Source: Smithella sp. M82
Lineage (GTDB): Bacteria; Desulfobacterota; Syntrophia; Syntrophales; Smithellaceae
Direction: 5' to 3'
Assembly (NCBI GenBank): GCA_001683985.1
Contig: MAEO01000126.1
Coordinates: 1,308 to 65,307, forward strand
DNA length: 64,000 nucleotides
The position numbers and the translations under genes are program-made. Below are positions 35,507 through 45,400 of the stretch, one piece after another. Below the pieces are notes generated by a model, which worked only from the letters and a program-made list of their open reading frames with translations, was not told the origin of the DNA and did not search any database. Position 1 is the stretch's first letter. Each line of letters begins with the position of its first letter.

Positions 35507-37417
35507 TTACATAATTTCTTTATATATGTTCCATTTGCCGTTTATCTTTTTCAGTTCCAAAGTCTTCGTACCTGTATCCTTGAATATCGAGGAACTGTAA
35601 TTCTGGACAAATACAGCCAAAGCAGTATCTCCATCTAATGATATCTGCAAATCGTTAATGCTGATTTCTATGTCTTTACTTCTCTTTTGTAAATTATTTT
35701 TATACGATATCCAGTCATTTAAGTTTTTACCCTTCGACTGAAAATCTGACGCGTAACAACTGCGATAAGTCTTCATATCACCTGATTTCCAACTGGTTAG
35801 CCATTTACTTACTAATCTTTCTATATCTTCTTTAGGAACATATTTTGTTTCGATTTGTTTACTGCCGTCTGAAACTATATTTTTATCTGTAATGGCAGGA
35901 ACTGAAGCAACAACATCATTCCCTTTCGAATCTATAGGTTCCTCAGTTTTGGAAATAATAGTTTCTTCATAGTTGACTGCAACAGGCTCTTCATAACCGG
36001 CAGCAACAATCTTTTCATATCGCGGAACAATAGACTCCTCGTTCTTGGGAGCAAGGGCAACCTTTTTCTGCGCAACATTTTCAGCAAATATCAAAGTTTT
36101 CTTCAGACTGGCGTCTATGCGGCTTTCTTCCGGCCATTGCAAACCTAAAGTATGGACCAGTTTTCCCAAACCACTTAAAATACGATAGGAATCGTACATT
36201 TTATCATATTGAGCATTTATTAAATCTTTTTTCGCCGTTATCATTTCCGCCGATGTATCAAGTACGTCAAACAGTGTGCGACGTCCGATAGACCATTGCG
36301 AAACATAAGCATCCGCAGTTTTGGCGGTGGAAGCTACATATTGTTCAAGCTGCTTGATTCGTCTTTGGTCCGCCATATATTGATCATGGGATAGACGAAT
36401 AGACTGGATAGTCTGCAATTCAGTTTTCTTTGCTATTTCTTCTGCTTCATTTATCAAATAGAAAGTTTCTTTTATTCTCGCCTGATTATTAAATCCGTTG
36501 AAGATATTAAATGTAAGAGTCGCATTTGCCTGGAAATAATCCTGATAACTGTACCACGCCGAAGGTCCGTTTATTTCATTTCCCCAGGTGTAGCCGGCAC
36601 TGACATCCAGACTGGGGTAAACAAGCGCTTTTGCCGTTTTGTGCTGATATTTTCTTGCTTCGATATCTGCTCTGGCCGATTTCAATGTCGGGTGATTATC
36701 CAAAGCTATTTGTTCTGCTTCCTGCAAAGTAGCAGGAATTTCAGTATAAGAAGGTTCAGGCTTGATCGGGCTTGCCGGGAAATAGCCGATTACAGCTTTA
36801 TAATCGGTGCGCGCATTTTCAACATTCGCTTCAGTGACAATAAGATTGGACTGAGCCAAAGCCAGGCGTGCTTTGATCTGCTCCAGATCTACACCACGAT
36901 CTACCCCAGCCTGACTTCTCAACCTGATCTGGTCGAAGAAGCGTTCATGAATAAGCAAATTCTCTTTTGCCAGAGCATTCTGTTCCATTGCACGCAGATA
37001 GTTCAGGTAAACCTTGCATGTAAGTAAGGCGTTATTTTCTGATGCGCCCTGTAAAAGATACGCCTGTGACATCACGCGTGATTTTTGGCGATTCGTTTCC
37101 GAAAGTGTAGCTCCGCCTCTGAATAAATTCTGAGTTAGTCTCACATTCGCTTCATCCGGCCAGAAATGATCGCGAATCGGATTATTCTGATTAACATATC
37201 CGGCTGACAGAGACGAATCCACCATGGGGAAAAAGTCGGCCATCGCCTGTCGTACTTCCTGGTCCCTGGCCAATCGATTGTAGGCCACAGATGTTATGTC
37301 CGGATTATTTTGCAGAACTGACTTAACTGCATCCTGAAGTGTTTCCCCTCGTAAGTCCGTTCCAATAAAAACAAAAGCTAGAACGAAAATAACAATAACT
37401 TTAATGTCTCTTTTCAT
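35507..37417 (-). CDS. TolC-family T1SS outer-membrane protein (LapE-position) with ~206-aa C-terminal extension
   Basis: aa 1-430 are a typical TolC/AggA-type duplicated OEP pattern with a signal peptide. aa 431-529 form an acidic linker with YE(E/K) repeats. aa 530-636 form the module shared with 25010..26323 and 26403..27878. Confidence 0.85.
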   Translation of the reverse strand: MKRDIKVIVIFVLAFVFIGTDLRGETLQDAVKSVLQNNPDITSVAYNRLARDQEVRQAMADFFPMVDSSLSAGYVNQNNPIRDHFWPDEANVRLTQNLFRGGATLSETNRQKSRVMSQAYLLQGASENNALLTCKVYLNYLRAMEQNALAKENLLIHERFFDQIRLRSQAGVDRGVDLEQIKARLALAQSNLIVTEANVENARTDYKAVIGYFPASPIKPEPSYTEIPATLQEAEQIALDNHPTLKSARADIEARKYQHKTAKALVYPSLDVSAGYTWGNEINGPSAWYSYQDYFQANATLTFNIFNGFNNQARIKETFYLINEAEEIAKKTELQTIQSIRLSHDQYMADQRRIKQLEQYVASTAKTADAYVSQWSIGRRTLFDVLDTSAEMITAKKDLINAQYDKMYDSYRILSGLGKLVHTLGLQWPEESRIDASLKKTLIFAENVAQKKVALAPKNEESIVPRYEKIVAAGYEEPVAVNYEETIISKTEEPIDSKGNDVVASVPAITDKNIVSDGSKQIETKYVPKEDIERLVSKWLTSWKSGDMKTYRSCYASDFQSKGKNLNDWISYKNNLQKRSKDIEISINDLQISLDGDTALAVFVQNYSSSIFKDTGTKTLELKKINGKWNIYKEIM

Positions 37418-37470
37418 ATACCTCTCCTGTTGCTGATATAAAAAATCTTAAACAAATCTATCTTTACACC

Positions 37471-37800
37471 TTAAATAATTTCTTCTACAATTATGTTTTG
37501 GGAAGTCATTTTTTCCCGTATTTGTTCACGTTCAATTATTTTTTCCTGTGCCTTCTCCGGAAGCTCCGTAAAAAGTATTATATTTTTTTTCGTCAAAAGA
37601 TTAATCAGGTCTTCAAGAAGCCTAATTAAACCGGCATCAGAATGGGCCAGCAGATTTTCGAGGAATTTGCTGTCCATATTATCTTTTAAGAACTCAAGAA
37701 CCTCCTCGTCATTCAGCGACTTCTTTTCCGTTGCATCACGACCCGCAACAGTTCGCAATCCGATAATTTTCCCGTCAGCGGAACGTTCAATGTAAGGCAT
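37471..37800 (-). CDS. Small acidic hypothetical protein
   Basis: 109 aa, with no motif I recognise. The opposite-strand ORF (37493..37795) is Ser/Arg/Phe-rich and looks like an antisense artefact, so the minus frame is preferred. Confidence 0.4.
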   Translation of the reverse strand: MPYIERSADGKIIGLRTVAGRDATEKKSLNDEEVLEFLKDNMDSKFLENLLAHSDAGLIRLLEDLINLLTKKNIILFTELPEKAQEKIIEREQIREKMTSQNIIVEEII

Positions 37801-38022
37801 ATTATTTCATCCGAACATACATGAAGATATTACATTACGACATAGCCGCAAAACACATCTTCCATTGAAAAACTTATGGCTCCGATTTTTTTGCTTTTTG
37901 TCACTAAATTATTTTTGGTTCAATAGCATGTTTTTCAAAATATGTATACTTTTTTTTAAAAATGTGTAATCATAATAAGTGTTTTAAAAATAAAGAACCT
38001 TCATTTTTATTTTGAGTGATTT

Positions 38023-40191
38023 ATGAGTGAAGCAACCCTAATTACCAATAATTGGAATATTACTGAAAATCAAGACATTCATGAAGATCCTCTTTTGGAT
38101 TGTTTGGCAATACTAACCAAATTTTACGGTCGAAACACTTCAAAGGCAAGTTTAAGCGCCGGGTTGCCTCTTGTTCAGAATCGTCTTACAGTAGAATTGT
38201 TCTCCCGAGCTGCCAATCGGGCAGATCTCACATCACGTACACTGGAAAAATCTTTAGATGAGATCGGTTCTGTTCAGTTACCAGCCATATTGCTGCTTCA
38301 TAATCGCCAGGCCTGCATACTTGTAGAGAAAAACAGCGTCCTAAATGAGTATAAAATCATTTTACCGCAAAGCGGTAGTGGAGAAAAAATAATTACCAGA
38401 GATGAATTGGAAAAACTCTACGTTGGCTACGCAATTTTTGTCCGCCCCAAGTATATGAAAGGCATTAAATCAGTGGCCGACGAAAAATCAGCCGGATCAA
38501 AGCACTGGTTTTGGGGAACCATTTTTGAATCGTGGCGTATTTATCGGGATGTATTTTTGGCCGCATTTCTTATAAATGTATTTGGTCTGGTTGGTATTTT
38601 TTACGTTCTGAATGTCTATGACCGTGTAATTCCAAACAATGCGACAGAAACTCTCTGGGTTTTGTCCCTGGGGGTAGCAGTAATCTATATTTTTGCCGTT
38701 ATTATGCGCGCTTTACGGAGCTACTTCATTGATGAAGCAGCAAAGAAGACCAATCTGAAAATTTCCGCAATGCTTCTGCAAAAGATTCTTGATTTGAAAA
38801 TGGAAGCCCGTCCGCAATCAATAGGATCATTTACCAAGAACCTTCAGGAATTTGAGGGAATCCGCGATTTTATTACATCGTTTTCAATTACCGCCGTTAT
38901 CGATCTGCCCTTTACCCTATTAGGCCTTTTCGTCGTTTGGTGGATAGGCGGCTATATGGTTCTGGTTCACATTACAGCAATTGTCATACTAATCGTTTAT
39001 GCTTATTTTATCCAACCTCCCCTTCAGCAGGTTGTTGAAAAGACAATTAAAGCATCTGCTCAGAAAAACGCAATTCTTGTGGAAGGTGTAGCCGGCCTCG
39101 AAACAATAAAAATGCTGGGCGCTGAAGGCCAGATTCAAAGGGCGTGGGAAGAAGCCGTAAGCTATATATCTAAATGGAGCAACAAATCACGCATAATCTC
39201 ATCTTCCGTTCAGGATGTTTCGTATCTAGTGCAGAATATAACGACCGTGGCTGTTGTCGTTGTAGGTGTCTACATGATTACTGCCGGCGATCTTACTCAG
39301 GGGGGTCTTATAGCTTTGGTCATTCTTTCCAGGCAGGTAATTGCTCCTATAGCTCAAGTCGTAAATTTAGCAATGCGTTATCATCATACAAAGGAAGCGT
39401 TAAAAACATTAGACGAAATCATGAAACTGCCTGTCGAGAGGCCTGCCGGTAAAACATTTTTACCGAGGAAACGTTTTAATGGCGCCATCGGCGTAAAAAA
39501 CCTTATTTTTTCCTACCCCGGACAAACTACAAACGTTCTCAACAACATTACCCTGGATATCGCTGCCGGAGAAAAAGTGGGCATTATCGGACCGGTTGGT
39601 TCGGGCAAAACCACCTTGGGCAAATTGATTCTCGGTTTATACGAACCGATAAACGGCATGATTACTATGGACGGCACCGATATAAGACAAATCGATCCGG
39701 CAGAATTCCGGTACTTTTTAGGTTATGTTCCTCAGGATATCGTGCTTTTCAGGGGAACCGTACGGGACAATATCACAATGGGCGTATATGAAATTGACGA
39801 TCAGAATGTCGCGCTTGCGGCAGAAATGGCAGGCGTTGCGGATTTCGTAAAAAAACACCCTTCAGGATTTGACATGATGGTGGAAGAATTCGGCCGGGGA
39901 CTTTCCGGCGGTCAGCGACAGAGTGTTGCTATAGCACGTGCTCTTTTGCTCGATCCTCCTGTATTGGTTTTGGACGAACCGACAAGCAATATGGACAACC
40001 GGTCGGAAATCAGGTTAAAAAGCTATCTGGCAACGGCCGTAAAAGAAAAAACTGTAATATTGATTACGCATCGTGCTTCACTTTTGGATATGGTAAACCG
40101 TCTGATAGTTATAGACAACGGGACAATTATTGCTGACGGGCCGAAAGAATTTGTGCTGGAAGCAATGAAAAAAGGTCAGATTCGCCTTTAA
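38023..40191 (+). CDS. lapB: Type I secretion ABC transporter (permease/ATPase with N-terminal C39-like domain), LapB/HlyB-like
   Basis: 722 aa. The N-terminal ..DPLLDCLAILTKFYG.. is C39-like and is followed by 6 TM helices. Walker A is GPVGSGKTT, the signature is LSGGQRQ and Walker B is LVLDEPTS. Confidence 0.9.
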   Translation: MSEATLITNNWNITENQDIHEDPLLDCLAILTKFYGRNTSKASLSAGLPLVQNRLTVELFSRAANRADLTSRTLEKSLDEIGSVQLPAILLLHNRQACILVEKNSVLNEYKIILPQSGSGEKIITRDELEKLYVGYAIFVRPKYMKGIKSVADEKSAGSKHWFWGTIFESWRIYRDVFLAAFLINVFGLVGIFYVLNVYDRVIPNNATETLWVLSLGVAVIYIFAVIMRALRSYFIDEAAKKTNLKISAMLLQKILDLKMEARPQSIGSFTKNLQEFEGIRDFITSFSITAVIDLPFTLLGLFVVWWIGGYMVLVHITAIVILIVYAYFIQPPLQQVVEKTIKASAQKNAILVEGVAGLETIKMLGAEGQIQRAWEEAVSYISKWSNKSRIISSSVQDVSYLVQNITTVAVVVVGVYMITAGDLTQGGLIALVILSRQVIAPIAQVVNLAMRYHHTKEALKTLDEIMKLPVERPAGKTFLPRKRFNGAIGVKNLIFSYPGQTTNVLNNITLDIAAGEKVGIIGPVGSGKTTLGKLILGLYEPINGMITMDGTDIRQIDPAEFRYFLGYVPQDIVLFRGTVRDNITMGVYEIDDQNVALAAEMAGVADFVKKHPSGFDMMVEEFGRGLSGGQRQSVAIARALLLDPPVLVLDEPTSNMDNRSEIRLKSYLATAVKEKTVILITHRASLLDMVNRLIVIDNGTIIADGPKEFVLEAMKKGQIRL

Positions 40192-40205
40192 CAGGAGAGC
40201 TCGGT

Positions 40206-41657
40206 TTGAAAAAGATATTAAAGGATTTTAAAAATAACCCTATATCCCAGTTATTCCAGTTGTTACGTAATCTACCGGAAAAAGAAGGGCCTGTTGCCGA
40301 GCAAACGAAAAAGAGATCAAAAATAAACCAACTATTCAGGAAACTGCCTGAAGAAGATGTTGACTTTGCCACCGATATTCGCGCGACCATTCTTTCCCAG
40401 ACGCCTCAAGGCGGTAGACTGATTATTTGGGCAACCCTTGTCCTGCTGGTTATTTTCTTAATCTGGGCAGCCTTCTCGGAACTGGAGGAAGTTACCCGAG
40501 GAGAAGGCAAAGTTGTTCCATCAAGTCATGTTCAGGTAATACAAAATCTGGAAGGGGGAATTGTATCAGAAATCCTTGTCAATGTTGGTGATAAAGTCCA
40601 TAAAGACCAATTACTTGTGCGTTTGGATCAAACCCGATTTTCTTCATCTTTTGAAGAGAACCGGGCTAAATATCTTTCCAACAAAGCAAAATCAGCCAGA
40701 CTTAAAGCTGAAGCAAACGGAACCGCTCTGGTTATTCCTGAAGATGTTTTAAGAGAACGTCCGGATATTGCTGCTCGTGAACGCCAATTATATGAATCGC
40801 GGAGAATGGAACTGAATTCAAGCATCGAAATCAAACGTCAGCAGATAGCTCAACGAACCCAAGAAGTAAAAGAACTGGAAGCAAAACTTGAAGAGCTAAA
40901 CAGGACTTATTCTCTTCTGCAGAAGGAAATCAGCATGATAAAGCCGCTTGTAAAAAAGGGAGCGGCATCCGATGTGGAAGTTCTTCAACTAGAACGCCAG
41001 GCCAGTCAAATGGAAGGTGAAATTAATCGAACACGTCACGAGATTCCCAGAGCCCGATCGAAACTTGAGGAAAGTCAGGTTGCACTTCGCGAGATGAACC
41101 TTAATTTTAGAAACAAAGCTAATACTGAATCCAACGAAGTTCTCCGGGAAGTTGACGAAAGCGCCAGTTCATCCCTTGCCTTGAAGGACAGATTGGATAG
41201 AACTTCCGTCCGTTCCCCTGTAGACGGTATAGTGAATCGTGTAATGGTGAAGACCGTGGGAGGAGTCGTGCAACCAGGCATGGACATTATCGAAATTGTG
41301 CCCATGCATGGTAATCTGGAGATTGAAGCGAAAATCAAGCCGTCCGACATTGCCTTCCTACATCCCGGTCAGAAAGCTACTATAAAATTTACAGCTTATG
41401 ATTACACAATTTACGGCTCTCTTAATGCGGAACTGGAGCATGTAGGTGCCGACAGTATCACAGATGAAAAGGGAAACAGCTTTTTCCTCGTCAGATTAAG
41501 GACAGATAAAAATTATCTGGGTACGGATAAACATCCACTGCCGATAATGCCGGGCATGGTCGCAACAGTGGACATCCTTACCGGCAAAAAAACGGTCCTT
41601 TCCTATATTCTAAAACCTGTTCTGAAAGCGCGATATATGGCTTTGAGAGAACGTTAA
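40206..41657 (+). CDS. lapC: HlyD-family T1SS periplasmic adaptor, LapC-like
   Basis: An N-terminal TM helix is followed by a long coiled-coil and the C-terminal ..PGMVATVDILTGKKTVLSYILKP.. motif. The TTG start has an AGGAGA RBS. Confidence 0.9.
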   Translation: MKKILKDFKNNPISQLFQLLRNLPEKEGPVAEQTKKRSKINQLFRKLPEEDVDFATDIRATILSQTPQGGRLIIWATLVLLVIFLIWAAFSELEEVTRGEGKVVPSSHVQVIQNLEGGIVSEILVNVGDKVHKDQLLVRLDQTRFSSSFEENRAKYLSNKAKSARLKAEANGTALVIPEDVLRERPDIAARERQLYESRRMELNSSIEIKRQQIAQRTQEVKELEAKLEELNRTYSLLQKEISMIKPLVKKGAASDVEVLQLERQASQMEGEINRTRHEIPRARSKLEESQVALREMNLNFRNKANTESNEVLREVDESASSSLALKDRLDRTSVRSPVDGIVNRVMVKTVGGVVQPGMDIIEIVPMHGNLEIEAKIKPSDIAFLHPGQKATIKFTAYDYTIYGSLNAELEHVGADSITDEKGNSFFLVRLRTDKNYLGTDKHPLPIMPGMVATVDILTGKKTVLSYILKPVLKARYMALRER

Positions 41658-41699
41658 AAAAATATTCAAAAAATTGTTTTCATATCGCGTAGGATTTAT

Positions 41700-42338
41700 A
41701 TGGTTATTTTGCTAAGCAGTTCAAACGAAACAGTTCTCATGAGGTGGGCGGATCTTTTAAGAGGACATTTTGATACTAAAAAAGCCCAGTCTCTCGCCGA
41801 GCTTAAAAAAATGTGTCTTGCTGAAAAATTCGATGCTATCCTCCTTCACAGAATGCTTGTCGACATATCTGTTTTTTCTGAATTATACAAAAAATCTCCT
41901 GCGGCAAGGTTCTTTCTTCTTTCTGACAGACCGGATGAAGAAGAAGCCATATCATTTCTCAAACTTGGCATTGTCGGATATGGTAATACTTATATCTCAT
42001 CGCCCCGACTGCTTGAAGCTTTGCGGGTAATTACCAACGATGGGGTTTGGCTGGGACAAAAGACCATCCAACGCCTGATCATGGACACATCGGCAAAAGC
42101 AAGAGAAGATAACGAAAAAAACACTACTGATTCAACGATGGCGAAGTTGACAAAGGCAGAACGTCAAATTGCCGAATTTGTTGCCCGTGGCAAATCAAAT
42201 CTGGAAATCGCTGCAGATCTCAACATAACGGAAAGAACCGTCAAAGCCCACCTGACATCAATCTATGCAAAAACAAAAACCGGCAACAGACTTAATCTGG
42301 CCCTGCTAATCAATCTTGGCAAAGGCCCCAAAGAGTAA
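41700..42338 (+). CDS. LuxR/FixJ-type HTH regulator with degenerate (pseudo-)receiver domain
   Basis: The C-terminal LTKAERQIAEFVARGKSNLEIAADLNITERTVKAHLTSIYAKT is a LuxR HTH. In the N-terminal receiver-like fold, the expected phospho-acceptor position reads FDAILLHRML (His instead of Asp). Confidence 0.7.
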   Translation: MVILLSSSNETVLMRWADLLRGHFDTKKAQSLAELKKMCLAEKFDAILLHRMLVDISVFSELYKKSPAARFFLLSDRPDEEEAISFLKLGIVGYGNTYISSPRLLEALRVITNDGVWLGQKTIQRLIMDTSAKAREDNEKNTTDSTMAKLTKAERQIAEFVARGKSNLEIAADLNITERTVKAHLTSIYAKTKTGNRLNLALLINLGKGPKE

Positions 42339-42414
42339 TTTTTTGCCCCACTGAAAATTCAAGACAGCCAAAACAATAATTAGAAAAAACGGCACAATAT
42401 TTTATGTATTTATC

Positions 42415-42448
42415 AAAAAAAGTCGCGAAGGAAAAACTCCTTCGCGAC
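42415..42448 (-). terminator. Rho-independent terminator of the adhesin gene
   Basis: The minus strand reads GTCGCGAAGG-agttttt-CCTTCGCGAC followed by T7, 31 nt after the stop at 42480. Confidence 0.7.
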
Positions 42449-42479
42449 AACATGCAATAAAGATTATTATTAAAAAATT

Positions 42480-45400
42480 TTATTGATCTACATCTACTTT
42501 CCCGAGTAATGAATCAAGCTCGTTACCAGGACCCATATCACCCAAATCTGCATAATGAATATTTTCGAATGACACGCTGGCTTTTTCAACATTAGTGCTG
42601 TCCAATATTTGTAATCTTGCAGAACCATCTGCATTGGCAATAACATTAAGATGGTCTCCTATACCTTCATCCAGCACACTGCTTATATCGACTTTGTCAA
42701 GAGATGTCTTGCTGTAATCCAGAATGTGATCATGAGCACCGTTGGATACGATAAATGTATCCGCTCCCGAACCACCATGAAGTGTGTTATGACCGGTGCC
42801 ACCACTGAGGATGTCATTTCCAGCATCGCCGTTTATAACATCATTGCCTTCCTGACCGTAAACAATATCGTTACCATGACCTGCATCAATGAGATCATTA
42901 CCACCTTCGCGTCCACTTTCTTCCGACAAAGTCGCATGATTTGCCTTTATGTAATCAATAATTTGCTGTTCGGTCCAGCCGAGTTTTTCAAAGACCTCCC
43001 AGCCGGCGCCATCCGGAGTAGTCAGACCATTAGTGTCTGCCAGGGCATCTGTGTTAGGCACATCACCGAAGATTAAATCATTACCATCTCCGCCAATGAT
43101 ATGATCATCACCTGCCCTGTCTAAATCGGTATGTTGGGTTATATCAGCAAGAACCTGATTTAGCTGCTCACCGGTTGTAATGTTATTCGCAACATCCGGA
43201 GAAACTGTAGCGGATGCCCCTTCAACCTGGTTCAAATGATCCAGATTTGTATCTGATACATTGATACCGACTGCTTCAATTGTAAATCCTTTAGCTAGCA
43301 GCTCCTGTACTTCGCTTATTGTGTCGCTGTCATCGGCAACGGGAAGTATGTGATCCAGCGCAGTTTGATCAAACACTTTGCCAGTGCCGCCCAAATTAGA
43401 ATTGAACAGGCCGGGACTATCAGCATCATCTTTATAGTAATAGGTTGGTTCACCGTCCGAAATGAAAATTACCTGGCTGATTACATTCTCGCCTGTTAGC
43501 GGTGCATGAACACCTATGCTGTTTGCCCAACTCAGAGCTTCCTGCAAACCGGCTTCATAATTTGTTCCGCCTCCAGCGTGGAGGTTGTTTATTGCATTAA
43601 TCGCTGCCTGAAGTTCGCCGGCTTTGAGATCGTATATCCCCAATTGACTCGAGTTTGTGCTAAAATCAACTATTTGTACTCTAACATTTTCCGCAGGTCC
43701 GTTAGCCAAATCGGTAAGAGTATTGTTTACTGATATTTTGAGAGCTTCAAGACGAGTCATTGTTGTACCATTAAAGGTAATACTTTCGGTCATGCTCCCG
43801 GATGTATCCAGAACAAGTGACAGATTTAAACTCTTGCCCATGATTTTGCTGCCGCCTATATCGCCGACCAGAACATCGTTTCCGCCACCGCCGGTAATTG
43901 GCCCGTCATAGGGAGGTGTATGGTCGATATAATGATGAACAGTTTGGAGAATGCTATCATTAACATTTCTACCAACAACCAGCATGTTATCGGCAGGCAG
44001 GTTGACCGTTAAAGTAGCCGATGCAGTATCTCCGTCTCCATCCATAATAATATATGTAAAGACCTCGCTGGATGCTAATGGTGGAGTAGAAGGAGAGGTA
44101 TAAGTATAGTCACCGGTTGCAAAATTCACGGCTAATGTCCCGCCCTCGTGCGTTGTAATATTAAGGGTATTACTGGCTGAATCATAATAGGAAGAAGAAG
44201 TGTTATATATTTCTGTGCTGTCGATACTTCCGTCACCATTCGTATCATGAGCAATAGAAACTATCTTTAAGTCTGCCGGACCGTCAGCGCCGAAGGATAC
44301 ATCCGACGAACCTGTTATGAGGTTGCCTGTAGCTGTGCCCGGATTAATGACCGTATCTATCAGTGTATTATCAAGCTGGCTAAGATCCGTTACGACGATT
44401 GGATCTATTTGAGTTTCATTAACTCCATCATAAGCTATTGGAGCCAGGGATGTAGCACTGACGTCTGTGCCCATGCCCAAGGCATAGGATGTAACGTCAT
44501 GTTCGGCCAGGAAGTGCTCCCAAACGGTTGTTTCACTGTCGGAGATACCAACACTGCCGATGGGTCTGTTCGGTTCACCATCGGAGAGGAAGTAGGAGAC
44601 AAATTGACCGCCAGGGATTGCGCCGGGATCGTGAAAAGCCTCTATCGCAGACGCAAGTGCGGCGTCATAGTTTGTGCTTCCGTTAGCTGTTATACTTTCT
44701 AACGCCGTTATGGCATCATTGGCAGTCATCCAGTGTTCGCCCACGTCGTCGGCTGTTGTATTGAAGGTAACAATTCGGACCATGACATCTCCATGGCCAT
44801 CGTATTCATTAATCAGCTGTTCAATCGCATTTTTGGCCAATTCCAGACGTGTCAATCCATCGACTCCTGAATTTTCAGCCATCGATCCTGAGTTGTCCAG
44901 GATAATGAGCAGGTTTGATCCAACGCTGGTACTTGCATCAACGGTCACGTTTTGGTCACCAGCCGTCGGCATGTCATCCAGAACATTCACATTGAGAGTA
45001 ACCGTTCCGCTTACCTGATCTCCATCCCCATCTTGAGCAACAACGTTAAGATCTATACCATTGGCCAGCAGGGCCTGTAGATTTTCACCCTGAATCGGAT
45101 CGTGAATTAGATTGTCCGTTAAGGTAAATGTGTAGTTTCCGGTCACGACATCCACATCTAAAATGTAACCTGTTTCATTAATCACTATATGGCCATCCGC
45201 ACCTGCCGTATGACCGTTAATACTGTTAATACTGTAAATAGGTGTTGTGGCAGGACCATCTGCACCGAAGTTAAAGTTGTCTATCAGGTTTCCGGTAGCC
45301 GATGCAGAACCCGTGCCTGTAACCTCTCCTGTATTTAAAGGAGTACCATCTTGTGCATGCCCTGTCAGACCATCTTCATCTACAGTCAGCGAATCAGCGG

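Noticed and set aside
37493-37795. Plus-strand 100-aa ORF opposite the small acidic protein gene
   Set aside because: It has a Ser/Arg/Phe-rich low-complexity composition typical of the antisense frame of a Glu/Lys/Leu-rich gene. The minus-strand ORF has a more protein-like composition, although its function is unknown.
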